DNA from: Octopus sinensis | Lineage: Eukaryota | Length of the DNA stretch: 64,000 nt | Assembly: GCF_006345805.1 (NCBI RefSeq) | Contig: NC_043002.1 | Span: forward strand, 25,544,001 to 25,608,000 | Direction of reading: 5' to 3' | Shown here: one piece after another, positions 20,847-36,616 of the stretch | Position numbering within the stretch: position 1 is the stretch's first letter | How the letters are laid out: each line of letters opens with the position of its first letter | The notes under the pieces: generated by a model | What the model was told of the DNA's origin: nothing | The model's input: the letters and a program-made list of their open reading frames with translations, nothing else | The model's database searches: none | Translations under genes and position numbers: made by a program

Positions 20847-21465
20847 GGAGATAGGAGCAAATTTTTATTCAGTATGAACAGAGCTTGTACCTTAAAAAGG
20901 ACTGATTAATTTTAGAAATATTTTCTAGTTGCTTATGTTCTGAGTTCAAATACCTGAGGTCAGCTTTGCCTTTCATTCTTTCAGGATCGATAAAATAAAG
21001 TACCAGTCAAATACTGGAGTCTACGTACGCGACTAATCTTTCCCTCTAAAAATTGTTGGCCTTCTGTCTAAATTAGAATTGTTGCGTAGACTAGGGTGAA
21101 ATTCCTCTCTCCCATTTAGCATATATACGTGCATTCGAATGTAACAGGGAACAACTAAACTTTGGTCGTTATTTGGATCACGTTGTATCCACTACTCTGA
21201 TTGGTTGGTATTGGCGCAATTTGTCTCCTACTCGGTTGTGTCAACTTGCCGCGGATAACCAGTCAGAGGCTCTAAATAGGATCACGTGGGACAGCCCGTT
21301 TACTACTCATTTTTAGCCTACAGCTCCTTATAAAAAAAAAAACTCAGCTTTTCCTCGTTCTGGGTCTTTGGTTTCAGACCAGATCTTGCTAGTAACAATT
21401 TTTCGTGTTAATCATTGTTTGATCCCTGTTAGAAGTAAGTCACATTGTTGATTAATTATTGAAGG

Positions 21466-22215
21466 TCACCCGTAAGGACCGACCATGCAAGCACGGCACC
21501 TTGCATACTCAACTTCCTTACAGCTTCCATCCATCTTTTTCCGAAAACTCTTGCTGGAAAGATTGGCGGCGAAGTAATTCACCAGTCCACGTCCGGAGAT
21601 GAATTGGCCTGTCGCGATCCCTTTTGCTCGCGTCTTCCCTACCACATCTTTCGGTATGATTACTACCTTCTTTTCTTTGGTGAAAGAGGAAGGTGGTACA
21701 ATCTTTATCATGGACTCGGACGGGAGCCGTACTCTTTCAGCATCCGACATCAGCTGTTCAGCAAAGGACATCAACTCCCTCAACTCCTCACAGTATGCGA
21801 AGGCGTGCGTAACCGTTTCACTGGCACGCCCGCACCTCGGTCACGTAGGGGAGGTGTGAAAACCATGCCTTGACAACCTTTCTCGAGCCGGTAAAGCCGA
21901 TCGGTAGCACAACCAAGTCAAAGATTTCTGGTAGTTATCCAGAAATCTCGACCCGAAAGTCCTTCTGAACAGGTCGGTTAGCTGCCTTTTATCGAAGCTT
22001 AGAGTCTTCCCCAGGACATCGTCGGACTTAAGCTCTACCAACCCGTTATAAAAATCCGCTGTGGTAACCCTGCTGTCAGCATTGCTCACTCGAGGGAAAG
22101 TGCTTGTCTGCACTCCTCTCGCCATTCTCCCAACTTGGGTCTCCGCGTGATCCATGTACCTAAGTCCACAAGGGACTTTAACTTTGAGAAGACCTGCTCG
22201 GCATGCGATGACCAT
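21466..22215 (-). mobile_element. Tx1/L1-clade LINE ORF2 C-terminal fragment
   Basis: Joining two ORFs across one TGA at 21841-21843 gives SLTWLCYRSALPARERLSRHGFHTSPT(*/C)PRCGRASETVTHAFAYC, the CCHC zinc knuckle of L1/Tx1 ORF2. Confidence 0.72.
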
Positions 22216-22399
22216 ATCTGCTCACCATCCAGCTCTGTAAAGCTGTGTCACCTTTCTTTTCTTTTCCTCTCTCCCTCTTTTTTTCTTTTTTATCCACCCT
22301 CCCTCACGCATTCTTGTATATTCGTTGCTCTTTATCTCCCAATCACCGGCGACTGCGATTGATGGGGTTGCCACCACTTTAATCTATCCATTTTTGGTG

Positions 22400-22836
22400 G
22401 AGGAGGCATGCTTTGCTCGCGCGCTCTCCAGTTTATCCAACAATGTGTCCAACTGGCAGAAACTGTCTCTCTCCACGTGCGCGATGTGAAATCAGATTCC
22501 CTTACATTCTCTCTCAAGCGACAGTTCCAGCTATTTGAGTCCACCCCGACTACTTCTCACCTCAATTTGACATTGACCTCGGTGCCTACCGACAGGCAAC
22601 CGATAAACATTAAGCGAACAGTCAATGCCAAATTCAGCGAATCTGACATAAAAAGGGCAGTCCGTCTCCTCTCTTCTCTATCCTCCCTCGCTCCGTGTGA
22701 CTCTGAGTCTCTTAGACGTCAGAAAGAGAAGCACCCACCAGCACTTCCTGATAATCAACTAAACTGGCTCGATCCTCCAGAATACTTGAGACCGGCCTTC
22801 ACCTCTGATAACATCAGAATTATTCTGTTTGACTGA
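22400..22836 (+). mobile_element. CRE-clade-like non-LTR retrotransposon fragment (region upstream of RT)
   Basis: SLTFSLKRQ ... KFSESDIKRAVRLLSS..SLAP...ESL...KEKHP resembles the GDVxGAVRxLxSxxxxAP...LxxKHP motif I recall for CRE elements. Confidence 0.55.
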
Positions 22837-23999
22837 AGTAATCTGCTGAATGTTTTCTTTGTAAAACAAGAAGGGGTGTGAGCTTTTGTAAAATTCCTAT
22901 CTGTGAATAAAAAGCTCAAAATGGTTGAGAACCTCTGATTTAGTAGAGTGGCTGAGAGACCTGGAAGATAAGTAAAATAAAACTTCGGGAAAAAATCGAA
23001 CAACAAATGCCATTTAACAAACAAAAAAGAAAAAAACAAACAAAAACAAAGCAAAAAACTGGTGTAAATGAGAACAAAGTAACACAAATTAAAGTGATGA
23101 CGTAACTTGCGGAGGGAACTGAAACGGAAATAGTTGCCATGTAGTATACTATATCAATAGGAAAGTTTAGGTTTCAAACTACTTCTTGTATCCTGGATAC
23201 TGGTGTTAAATACATCACGTACTTCAGAGGAAAATGGTGAGGAAATCTTGCCATTTGTTCCAAATGACATTAATAAAATAAATAGTTGACAAAGTACCAA
23301 ACTAGACTCGATATAACAGCTGTTCTTTATGACAGTGTTCCATCATAGTCGTACGACAATGATAGAAGTTAATGAAAGAATGGAGGAGAGAGTCTTTTGC
23401 ATATTTAATATAATCAGATTAAGTATAAAACCACGCAAAAAACCCGCCGAATAAGCAGACGAGCAGACAAAATTGTATGTATTACATTGCAACGAACATA
23501 ATAAAATAACCTTATTTCATAAAACATCAGTATTATATTCTTACAGTTCTCTGTCTCATGATTAAGATAAGCAATGGTTCTACTGTTACGATCAATGAAA
23601 GAAAACTTATTCGGTTTCAATGATAAGAGGCCAGATTAATTATCTAATTAAAGAGAAACCCTATATATAACGACGCCACGTTTCTAGTGAGAAAAGCTGA
23701 CCAGATCGAAGATAATAAAACAGAGATAAGTTTTTTTTTATTAGCCACAAAGCTAATTTTTCTCTCTAATTTTGGCACAAGGCCAGCAATTTTAAGGGGA
23801 AGGGCAAATCAGTTACAGCGACCCTGTCAAGGATCTTTCATTGATAAATATGATTTAGGTTAGATTTAGAGACCATTTCTAGCAAGTTAAGCGACCATAA
23901 TGAGGCTCTGTTGTTGGTAAGTGCACACATATCTACCTCTTTCTGTCTACTACCCTTCTCTATTATACACACACACGTGCGCGCGCGCACACACACACA

Positions 24000-26378
<2,379 letters not shown>

Positions 26379-26452
26379 CACATATAATACAAAATGGGAC
26401 AAGAACGCAAAACATCCAGACAGTTAGGTGATACAAAAAAGGGACAACGATT

Positions 26453-26717
26453 TATTTTTTAAATCTGTACGTCAAAAGGTAAAGATCTCAAGATTACTTC
26501 GTAAATATAAGTTTTTCTCAAAAATGCTAAAAGTAAAACATGTTTTATATGACACATTCTACCAGTGTCCGAAATTTGAAAGTGTTTAGTTTACTTTTTG
26601 ACCTACAGATTTAAAAAATAATTTTTTGTAACTAAACACTTTCAAACTTCGTATACTGGAAGAATGTGTCATATAAAACACCTTTTACTCTTAGCGTTTT
26701 TGAGAAAAGTTTATGTT
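26453..26717. repeat. Fold-back arrangement of a DNA-transposon-like repeat
   Basis: About 26503-26591 is the reverse complement of about 26630-26717 with few mismatches; the same sequence occurs in forward form at about 30020-30150. Confidence 0.75.
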
Positions 26718-27209
26718 TATAAAGTTATTTCGTTATTTACATGTCAGGCAAAATACTTACCAGGATTTTGTCTGTCTTTACGTTCCGAGTTCATATTCCG
26801 CCGAGGTCGACTTTGCTTTTTATCCTTTCGGGGTGGATAAATTAAATACCAGTTGCGTACTGAGACCGATCTAATTGACTGGCCCCTTCCCCCAAAATTT
26901 AGGGCCTAGTAACTTGAGCAGAAAAGATTAATAGACAACGTCGTTAATCCTCTTTTACAGTCTAACCTCTTTATTTACGTCATGAGAGAACGTTGTGTGG
27001 TTGAACGACGTGGTATACTAATACCAAAGGATTGCCGAGAATAATATTGATTTCTTACATATCCTTCTAAACAACAAATAATTTAATCATTCTAAATGAG
27101 TACTGGACTAACGATCCGGCAAGCAGGAGAAATGGGGACAGGAAATATCCCGGAGCTTCGGATCTTCTGGTTTTCTAGAGACATTGAAAAAATATATATT
27201 CTTTTTATT

Positions 27210-27585
27210 TATCACAGTCATTTGACTGCGGCCATGCTGGAGCACCGTCTTAAAGTTTTTTTTTTAGTCGAAGAAATCGGCCCCAGGACTTATTATTTGT
27301 AAGCCTAGTACTTATTCTATCGGTCTCGTTTGCCGAACCGCTATATTATGGGAACGTAAACACACCAACATCGGTTGTCAAGCGATAGTGGGGGGGACAA
27401 ACACAGACACAGACACACACAGACATATATACGAGAGGCTTCTTTCAATTTCCGCCTATCAAATCCATTCACAAGGCTTTGGTCGGCCCGTGGCTATAGA
27501 AGACATTTGCCCAAGGTGCCACGCAGTGGGATTGAACCTGGAACCATGTGGTTGGGAAGCAAGCTTATTACCATACAGCCACGCT
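27210..27585 (-). mobile_element. SINE family A, near full length
   Basis: cagtcatttgactgcggccatgctggagcaccg ... ggaaccatgtggttgggaagcaagc. Confidence 0.85.
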
Positions 27586-28837
27586 TATATAAAATATAAA
27601 ATACAGTATAATAATAATAATAATGAAATTATTGTATACAGTGCTCAGGTGCACTACAAGTATGAAAAGTAAAGAGCAAAATTGTGTTTAGCAGATTTAA
27701 ATAAATGCACTTCTAAAGCACCGTTTATTTAAAGTTTGTTAATCTATTAAGAATTCATAAAATATATCCTACTATTCCAGGTGTACAGTATACTGTTTAT
27801 AGGATGAAAACTGAAGGAAGAAAATTAGGAACGATTTTATTCAAAAGATACCGGTACAGATTAACACACTGTATGCAAATTAACCAACTTCAAAAAGAGG
27901 GTTTGTTTATTCAGTGCAGGGTACAGGGTATGAAAAGTATCGCACGGTATGCCCAGATTTCTGGAGACTTCTGGAAAGCTGATAGAGAGATCCAGTGCAG
28001 TAAGAGTTTCCTATTAAAAAAAAATATTCTAAGGGGGGACAACTTAGTATCTCTTATTAATCCAATCTTTGGCATTTGGTTTTGTGGATAAAAAAGATGC
28101 TGTGTTTATAAATATAATTCTTATTTTCACTGAATTTTTATTTCAAACTAGTTTATCTATAGTAAATTCTGATAATATTGAGATATTGAAAATTATTTTT
28201 ATAGATTAAGTATCTTTTGTTTTCAAATTTCGAGTTCTTTAAATTCAAAGTTTTTGCTAAATGGTAATATATTAGCTGAATAGCCCATCATTGACGGGCA
28301 ATTTTTACAATAAAATGTCTTATACAAATTTTTCTTTATTCCATGTCAGACCATGCTTTCCCCGACAGATAGGCCTTTTGAACAGGATAATTTGTACAAT
28401 TTTTCGCAAAAAAAAAAAACTTCGATGAGGTGTTTTTTTTCCTTTTAAAATCATTTACATGCCTGTTCGATCGATTCATATGACTTTATTCATTAAAACT
28501 TCAGAAGTCCTTACAACTTTGGTCGTCGTAATGCTTAGCTTTCGTTTATTTAATAAAAGTTCCTCCAAATGATTTTGCATTCATTCTGTGATAGACAGCT
28601 ATCATGCAGAAAATGCCAGCTTCCAAATCCAGTTTTCTGATTAGGTAAAATTGATTAAACTTTAAAACTCAGTAACATTTTCCTGCCATTTTCCGGGAAC
28701 AAATAAATAACAAAATCGGATTTAACGTGGAAAATAATTTCAATACACCAAATTTGAAAATTTTGACGTAATTTTAAAATTTCACAGTATGCGACAGCAA
28801 CGAAGAAGACCTTACAAAAATGGACAGTTATAGGACG

Positions 28838-28885
<48 letters not shown>

Positions 28886-30394
28886 GGGCCTGGGAACAGG
28901 GGGTGCATCTGCATCCCTTGGAATTTTCAGGTGGTGCAAGATCAAAATTTGCACCCCCTACATAATTTTACCAGTTTCAGAAAATAGTGTCTAAAAAAGT
29001 ATCTGTATAAGATGCTTAAAGCTAGATTTCGTTTTAAAGCAAAAACAAAGAACAAAAATAAATAAATAAAAGTGATGAAGCTGGGCTTAAAATTCCCAAA
29101 GGAAGCTTAACTTAACAATTAGACTTTACAATTAACTTTAAAACTACCTCTAGTTTCGCTACAATGCGAAACTGTGACCTTTCCTTTCATTTTCTTCTTT
29201 AATTTAACCGTTCATATGTGTCATTTTCCAACAGAAAATTAAACTTTTTTTTCAACTTTTAATTACTTGTCCATTCATCAGTTCTTTTTCCATTATTCTC
29301 TTTTTTGTTTAACATAATTTACAATGTTCACATTCTTTTTTTCCAGTTGTAATTTTTCCACAATTGGAGAAAAAGAGGTACCCCAATAGAAAGTTTAAAC
29401 ATCTACTTGTTCAAATAGGTAAGCAATATAGATTTTGAACAAATGCGCGACTCATATTTTTATTAAATTTCAAATTTCATTTTGTAGAAAAAAAGCACTT
29501 TCAGTTGTAAAAAAAAAAGTAACTGAACACTTTTAATTTCACTTTTTGTCACAGTAAACCACATTATCGAGAAATTTATCTGAAAGACATCTTTGCAGAA
29601 AAGTGAGAAGATTGATTACATATTTCTTTCATTATTTTGAAATTTTTAAACGCCAATTTTCTTTTACAGATTCGGAATCTCCGGAAGCCGAAAACGTGGG
29701 TTTCTGTCAAAAAAAAAAAGAAAAAAAAAGGGGAGTGGGTGTGGTTACAGTTCGCCTTGCCCATGAAATGTGCAATCCCATTTTCAATTTGATTGTGGTC
29801 TCGTTAGGGGTCACTCTAATTTCTAAGAAAATAAGGGTCTGTTTCGTTTGAAATAAAGAGAAAGAGGACTTATTTGTCATTGTTCCAATTTTCCCGGCAA
29901 AGAAAGATCACATGCAACATGTATCTCATCGAAAACCAGAAACACTGGAAGCAGTAATAATTTAAAGGTATTTTAGAGATAATTTATTTTAACAATTTTC
30001 TGTTTGTAAATGTTTCTCGGATCTTAACCTTTTGACCTACAGATTTAAAAAATAACTTTTTGTAACTAAACACTTTCAAACTTCGTATATTGGTAGAATG
30101 TGTCACATAAAACATCGTTTACTCTTGGCATTGTTGAGAAAAATTTGTAATTTGGAAGTTATTTGTTGTTAAAGTTATCGTATTTCGGTAATTTCAACCA
30201 ATCAATGACGTCTATTGAGGTGAATACAATTACTGCTGTTGTATTAAAAAAAAGCTGTCCGACGAACGGGAACGTGAAACTCTGAGTAACAGCTTTTGTT
30301 ATATTTCTGCTGCTTTTAAATAAAGCATATTACTCTACCTCTGATATTTGAGTACTCTTTTTCCCACCTTGTTTCACATTTATGTGCTTACTCC

Positions 30395-30397
<3 letters not shown>

Positions 30398-30481
<84 letters not shown>

Positions 30482-30634
30482 CATACATACATACATACAT
30501 ACATAATACATACATACATACATACATGTATGTGTGTGTATGTGTGTGTGTATGTGTGCTTGTGTCTGTGTGTATGTATGTATGTATGTATGTATGTATG
30601 TATGTTATGTATGTATGTATGTATGTATGTATAT
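30398..30634. repeat. Compound (TA)n/(TACA)n/(TG)n/(TATG)n microsatellite
   Basis: Directly visible. Confidence 0.95.
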
Positions 30635-30635
30635 A

Positions 30636-31563
30636 CTAGCTGACGTACCCGGTAATCCCCGGGAAAGCGGGGCTTATCTCTTGGTTCCGTTCTCGTAATT
30701 GTTTCGCTAATCCAGTAACAAAAATACAAAGTATGTAGCCCTTAAGCAGCTTTTGCGCATTTATTGAGAATACCGAACTGTCTTACGCAGGATCTCGTTT
30801 GTAGGAATTCCTAATAAGTTATAAATACCTAAATTGTGAAGTCAGTTATGTAATAATATGAAATTAGTTACCCAATAGTAAGAATTCAAATAAAGTAGCG
30901 CCGAAAAGGGCTTTAATACGTTCCCAGAGTATATAGAACTTAAGAGGAAATACTAATAAGGTATGTATACTAAAATCGTGAAATCGTGAAGCATGTTACG
31001 TAACAACTGGCTAATCACATATGAGATAATAACAATTGAAAGTAAATAACTCTGAAAAAAGCTTTTGTGCGTTCGCAGAGAATATTACCCTAAGCGACGC
31101 TAGTGTTGATATATCCGTGAATAAGTCACTAACCGAAATAAGTGGATCTGTTGTTTAGGAAAATACTATTTACTTGTTTAAGGTTGTACTGGATAAATTG
31201 CGAAAATAACTCAAATAGTTCAAATACTAAGAAATAAACATACTCAATTTGATTTATACGAAATAATTTACGAACATGAATGTGTTATTTCCCTTGGCTA
31301 TATATAAGGATCCCTTTCAAGAGCGAATGGGTTATTTCCCTTGGATGTTTAAAAAATAATATATTAGTTATATGTAGTAGATATAAGCATCCCTTCCAGA
31401 GGCCTATTATCGAATTTTTGAACAATCTAAGTATGTCACTAGTTTTCCAGACATGAATTCTACTCACGTGTCAAGTTTCATCAAAATCGATAAAACGATG
31501 TAGGAGGAGTTAGATAACAACGCCACAAACAAGCAACCCACAAATTTCCACATATGTAGAAGA
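30636..31563 (-). mobile_element. Non-autonomous Helitron (928 bp)
   Basis: Minus strand begins A|TC and ends cccgg-ggatta-ccggg hairpin ... CTAG|T (inserted between A and T); contains gtttcatcaaaatcg...aggaggagtt, recalled from Lep1-type Helitrons. Confidence 0.85.
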
Positions 31564-31574
31564 TGTGTGCAGAT

Positions 31575-32695
31575 TTGTACGTTTTGTTTTATGTATTTAT
31601 TCTTATGCATATAGCTGCATCTCTAGACATGCTCATATATACTTAAATGATATACATTCTGGAAGGTATTACAGATTATTACAGTTCCAGTGATGGCTTG
31701 GATTTGTAGTCTTCGAATCAGTTTTCTCTTTTCTGGTTTTGAGAAGCCTAATTTCTTAAGATTGGTACTTAGGCAGTGTGTTACATATCCCAGTACCCCA
31801 ATAATTACAGGTATAAACCTGAACTTGTAATCTGGATAGAGTGCTGTAGGTTTCTCAGTAGTTCAGCGTAGGTATTTTCTTTTTCGCTGATCTTTAGCTT
31901 TATGCTAACATCCGTTGGGCAGTTGATTTCCACAACTGTGCACAGTTTCTCTTCTCTATCCCAAATTACTTCGTCAGGCTTTATTGTGTTTACATTTTAT
32001 TGAGGTTTTCACTGGATATTCCACCTGTACTTCTTTTTATTATGAATGGCTAGGGCTTCTACCATACTATGGGTTCTTTGGGGTTATCCTTTCGATGGAG
32101 CTCATCATACAGTGTCCGTAGCAAAAAGATCAGGTCTCATCAGCAGAAAAAAAATGTGACGACATTTTCGGACAGCTGCTTATGATGTTAATGATATCTT
32201 TGGTGTTATCTCCACAAAGTCTGTATTGGTTATTTCATTTCGCTGCTTTTCTTGCGTCTCTGACCTTTTGTGCATCGGGCATTTGGCTGATATTTCCTGT
32301 TCCTGGATTGCAAATGCATACCCCTCAAAGTGGAGTTAGTAATCCGGTTGGTGATCCATGATAGACTGCTTTGATGAGCAATGTTACTATCATCTCTGAG
32401 CTTTCTACAAACATATCACTGCATGGTCTTCTGCTGATATACGCTCAATCTGATGATACATTGCAGAGTTGTGCGCGACTTCTTTGGACATGTATTTAAG
32501 GTTATCTGACAAGGAATGCTGTTCAAGGAGCTGCTTTCCAAGTCTTATGATGTTATCAGCCTCATGTACGCAAACTTGGTCAAGGGATGCACTTCGACAT
32601 TTGGTGGTTAAAAGATGTTGCTGAAGGGATATATGACATTCAAAGGCAGTCTATCGATGTTAAGCGTCTGCACATTTTGTTTTCGTTTTAGGTAG
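31575..32695 (-). mobile_element. R4/Dong-like RLE-type LINE 3' fragment, decayed
   Basis: Minus-strand YRLCGDNTKDIINIISSC (decayed CCHC), then KPDEVIWDREEKLCTVVEINCP...EKENTYAEL...IPVIIGVLG (restriction-like endonuclease). Confidence 0.75.
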
Positions 32696-32755
32696 AGGCG
32701 GTCTATGTCATTGTTGATGTGGAAACTTATGTATGTATGTATGTATGTATGTATG

Positions 32756-32789
<34 letters not shown>

Positions 32790-34384
32790 TGTATGTATGT
32801 ATGTATGTATGTATGTATGTACGTGTTTTTGTGTGTGTGTGTGTGTATGTGTTTGTGTGTGAGTGTTGTGTGAGTGTGGACCTTAGAGATTACTTTGAAG
32901 AGAAAAGTTTGACTCACAGTGAGCAATGGAAGTTAGTAATGAGAATTTCTTATATTTATTCATTGATAATTTTTAAAAACAAACAACCAAACAAACGAAA
33001 CCATAACAATTCACCTCCACCAGCCGCAAATAATATTAAGAACAAGCAACAACATCAAGGAAATATAAGAACAGCTTTATTTCAACGAGACATTCTCCGT
33101 CGATTCAGACCTCTCCGTTTTTGTGGTGAATAATTTATGAATGTAATTGTCAGGTTTGTTTGCTTAATCCTTCAGGTCAGAGTTCAAATTGTCTGCAAAG
33201 AAACAAACAGAAATAAACCAAATTTTAGTAAGGAAAATTGTTTGTAATAATATTCAACCCTCAAAATTTGATTGACTATTGTTTTAGTTATTTTTGTTGC
33301 TTAACTCCAGAATGGATCTGGTTTTTATTAAGCAGACATAGAATCAGAGATATCTCAGATGCAATTACTCAGTCTTTGTTTTTGTTGTAGGAGTATAACT
33401 TCTTTATAAAGACAGTAGGATACTATTGAAGAGAAATTTGGCTGTCATTTCTAGCAGACTAACAACTGTCTTAACATAGCAAGATGCAGTACAATGCACT
33501 ACTACTAGGTGTCGTTTGCGAAAGTGTATAGCTTGGTAACATATACCATAATTTTATTAATTCCAACTGATTTTGACAAATTAAACTTAAATGTTGAAGT
33601 GAATCGAACGGCTTTTGTGTGTTCTTTTGTGTGTTTCTTAAATGGCTTACAAACACCTTCCACGCTGTATTTGTTTTCGTTCCAGCACACGATCTCAGAT
33701 CAAGTCACTTGCTATGCGAGTACATCTCCGTAATTTATTAATTCCGATTTAGCAGAACAACGAGAATATAACAGAGAGAGAGATAGATAGAGAAAGAGAG
33801 AGAGAGTGGGGGAGAGAGAGAGAGAGATACAACGGTACCAAGAGCATATTTTTATTTACAGTTGAGTAAACTGGGGCTAGGTGATATGTAGTGCCTTGCT
33901 CAAGGACAGCCACTCGCTGTCCAGTCAAGGAATTAAATCCACGACGTTACGATGATGAGTCGAACATCCTAACCACAAAGCCACACATCTTCACAATATA
34001 GCTATAGCTGCATCACAAAGTCTGGTCTTCCTTAAACCAGAAAATGCTTCGGGCTCCAACAACTATTAAAGTTTAGATGAGGCTATATAATGAAAACTAT
34101 CTCTACATATAGGGCACTACAGCTTCTAATCTTATAGACATCATAGGCTATATATAAAAAAGGGCCACTATGTCTAATAAACAAGTTCAGTACTAAATAC
34201 TTTTATCAGGGCTGTAGCTTAGCTCTGACCTTCACGCAATCCTCTCCCTGTCCTGATTTACCATTTCTAACGCTTAAAAGAAAATATTTCAGTTGAACAT
34301 TAACTTCATCGATCTCACGGATGTGGGAGAGCTTGCAAAGGTAACAGAACCTCCTCCTCCCCATCCCCCTCCGCCTATCCTCCC

Positions 34385-34445
34385 TTCTTCTTCTTCTTCT
34401 TCTTCTTCTTCTTCTTCTTCTTCTTCTTCTTCTTCTTCTTCTTCT
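34385..34445. repeat. (TCT)n microsatellite
   Basis: Directly visible; source of the spurious poly-E/poly-S ORFs. Confidence 0.95.
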
Positions 34446-35138
34446 CCACCCCTCCTCCTCCTCAAAATACGTGTGTGTATGTGAAGCGTAAGTGTGTATG
34501 AAGTGTGTGTGTGTGTTTGTGTGGGAATTATGTGCATGCGTGTGTGTATATGTTTCTGTGTGTGTGTGTATGTGTGCTCTTCTTTCGCCGAAGTAGAATG
34601 ACGGATTTAAACATCAGTGTGAAATCGAAAATCAATGCTTTTCATACGAAATCTTTTGCGATATCTATTCGGTACCGAGGTAAAGGGGCTACACCTTCGG
34701 CATTCGCTGCTAAATATACAGTTAATGGTCATAGTTATGAACAATAAGTGAAAACCTGTAACCAACGACGCTAATGTTCACCATTTGTCAATATAAACTA
34801 TGATAATTTTGTGATACCATTAGAGTACTCTCCCTTGAACCGCTTCCTTCATCATCGAACATTATTTCTGTAACTATATACAATTTATGTATGATGTGTT
34901 TGTTGTTTAGTTCCAGATTAATATTGATCAAACAAACTATGATGAACAGCATTCCAGTCATGACCATCACGTTTCTCTTTCTAAGGCAAACACTACATTG
35001 TCTAATGTATACTTTATTTTTTAAAGACGGGTCGATGTAACTTGAGGGAAATCTGGCAGTTATTTCTAGCCAGTCGAACGGCCGTGTAGAGCTTCTTTCC
35101 TTGGCTTATACGGGATTTTATCGATATGTGTGTTTGTG

Positions 35139-35139
<1 letters not shown>

Positions 35140-35220
<81 letters not shown>

Positions 35221-35433
35221 GCTGTCTGTCTGTCTGTCTGTTTATCTATCTGTCTATCTGTCTGCCTGCCTGCCTGCCAGTCTGTCTGGCTTCCTGCCAG
35301 TCTGTCTGTCTGTCTGTCCGTCCGTCCATCCATCCATCCATCCATCCATCCATCCATCAATCCATTCATCTGTTCGCCCATCTGACTGTTTATCTACCTA
35401 TCAACCTGACTGTGTGTGTCTCTCCCTCTTTCT

Positions 35434-35482
<49 letters not shown>
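35140..35482. repeat. Compound (TATC)/(TGTC)/(TCCA)/(TC) microsatellite
   Basis: Directly visible. Confidence 0.95.
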
Positions 35483-35485
<3 letters not shown>

Positions 35486-36169
35486 CTAGTTGCAGTAATC
35501 ATTGGACTACACCATAATGGAGTGTCGCGTATGCACAAATTTTTGTCGAAATTATTGTCTCCAGTTCTTAATCTTGTGCTTATTTCTATTTATGAAGTGG
35601 CTATGCCAATCTAAAGAGCAAAACTCGATGGGCAAAATACCGCAAGTTATTTTTGTTTGCAGCACCAATTTATCGACCTCCGCGTTAACACACACACACA
35701 CAAACACTACTCTCGCTCTCTCTCTCTCTCTCTCACACACACATGCATACATACATACATAAGTGACAATCTGAATAAGCTAGGATTTTCAGAAAAAAAA
35801 TCAACCAACTAACTAGCATACTACAAAAGCAGTCTGTAAGCAGAACAGTAAAACTATGCAAGACTTTTCCCAATTTTATAATATGACATTGTTTTTGTTA
35901 TCTACATTCCCTCGAGGGAGCTTTGTATCTTTGCTAGAAATCAGCTCCTTCAGAGGAAGAATTTAAATAATTTTAAATAGAAGATGACATACATACATAA
36001 ATACGCCTTTCTCTTACACATTCCCTTTCTTCCTTTCACGCCCCCCCACCAGAACATCAATGCTAATACACTTAATATGACCAACTTACATTAAGGGGAG
36101 GTAAACACTGACCCGCTACTTAAATCTACCCAACACAGCCAAGGGCGATAATTTCCAATCCCCGTCCAC

Positions 36170-36202
<33 letters not shown>

Positions 36203-36224
36203 GAATTATTACACTTCTAAATGT

Positions 36225-36308
<84 letters not shown>

Positions 36309-36476
36309 ATGCAGTAACAGCACGATAAAGTGATGGCTTGTTGTCAGCTTAATGTGGCAGTCCCAGGTGAGGGAAGAAAGTTACTGCTATTTAGTCCCAA
36401 GAAACACCGTTTCTAGTTGTCTACGCGACACAAGCGTTCTGTGTCCTTAGGTTTTCGAACATGGGAGATCAGCACC

Positions 36477-36511
<35 letters not shown>

Positions 36512-36548
36512 GTGCATCAGCATGGCCACAGCTCTGAGCTGAAACTAG

Positions 36549-36610
<62 letters not shown>

Positions 36611-36616
36611 TATATA

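Noticed and set aside
28884-28960. gggggtgca...tgcaccccc MITE-like end
   Set aside because: Only a short internal inverted motif is visible; the other terminus and a TSD could not be located.
34289-34537. Poly-Glu / poly-Ser ORFs
   Set aside because: Generated by a (TCT)n microsatellite.
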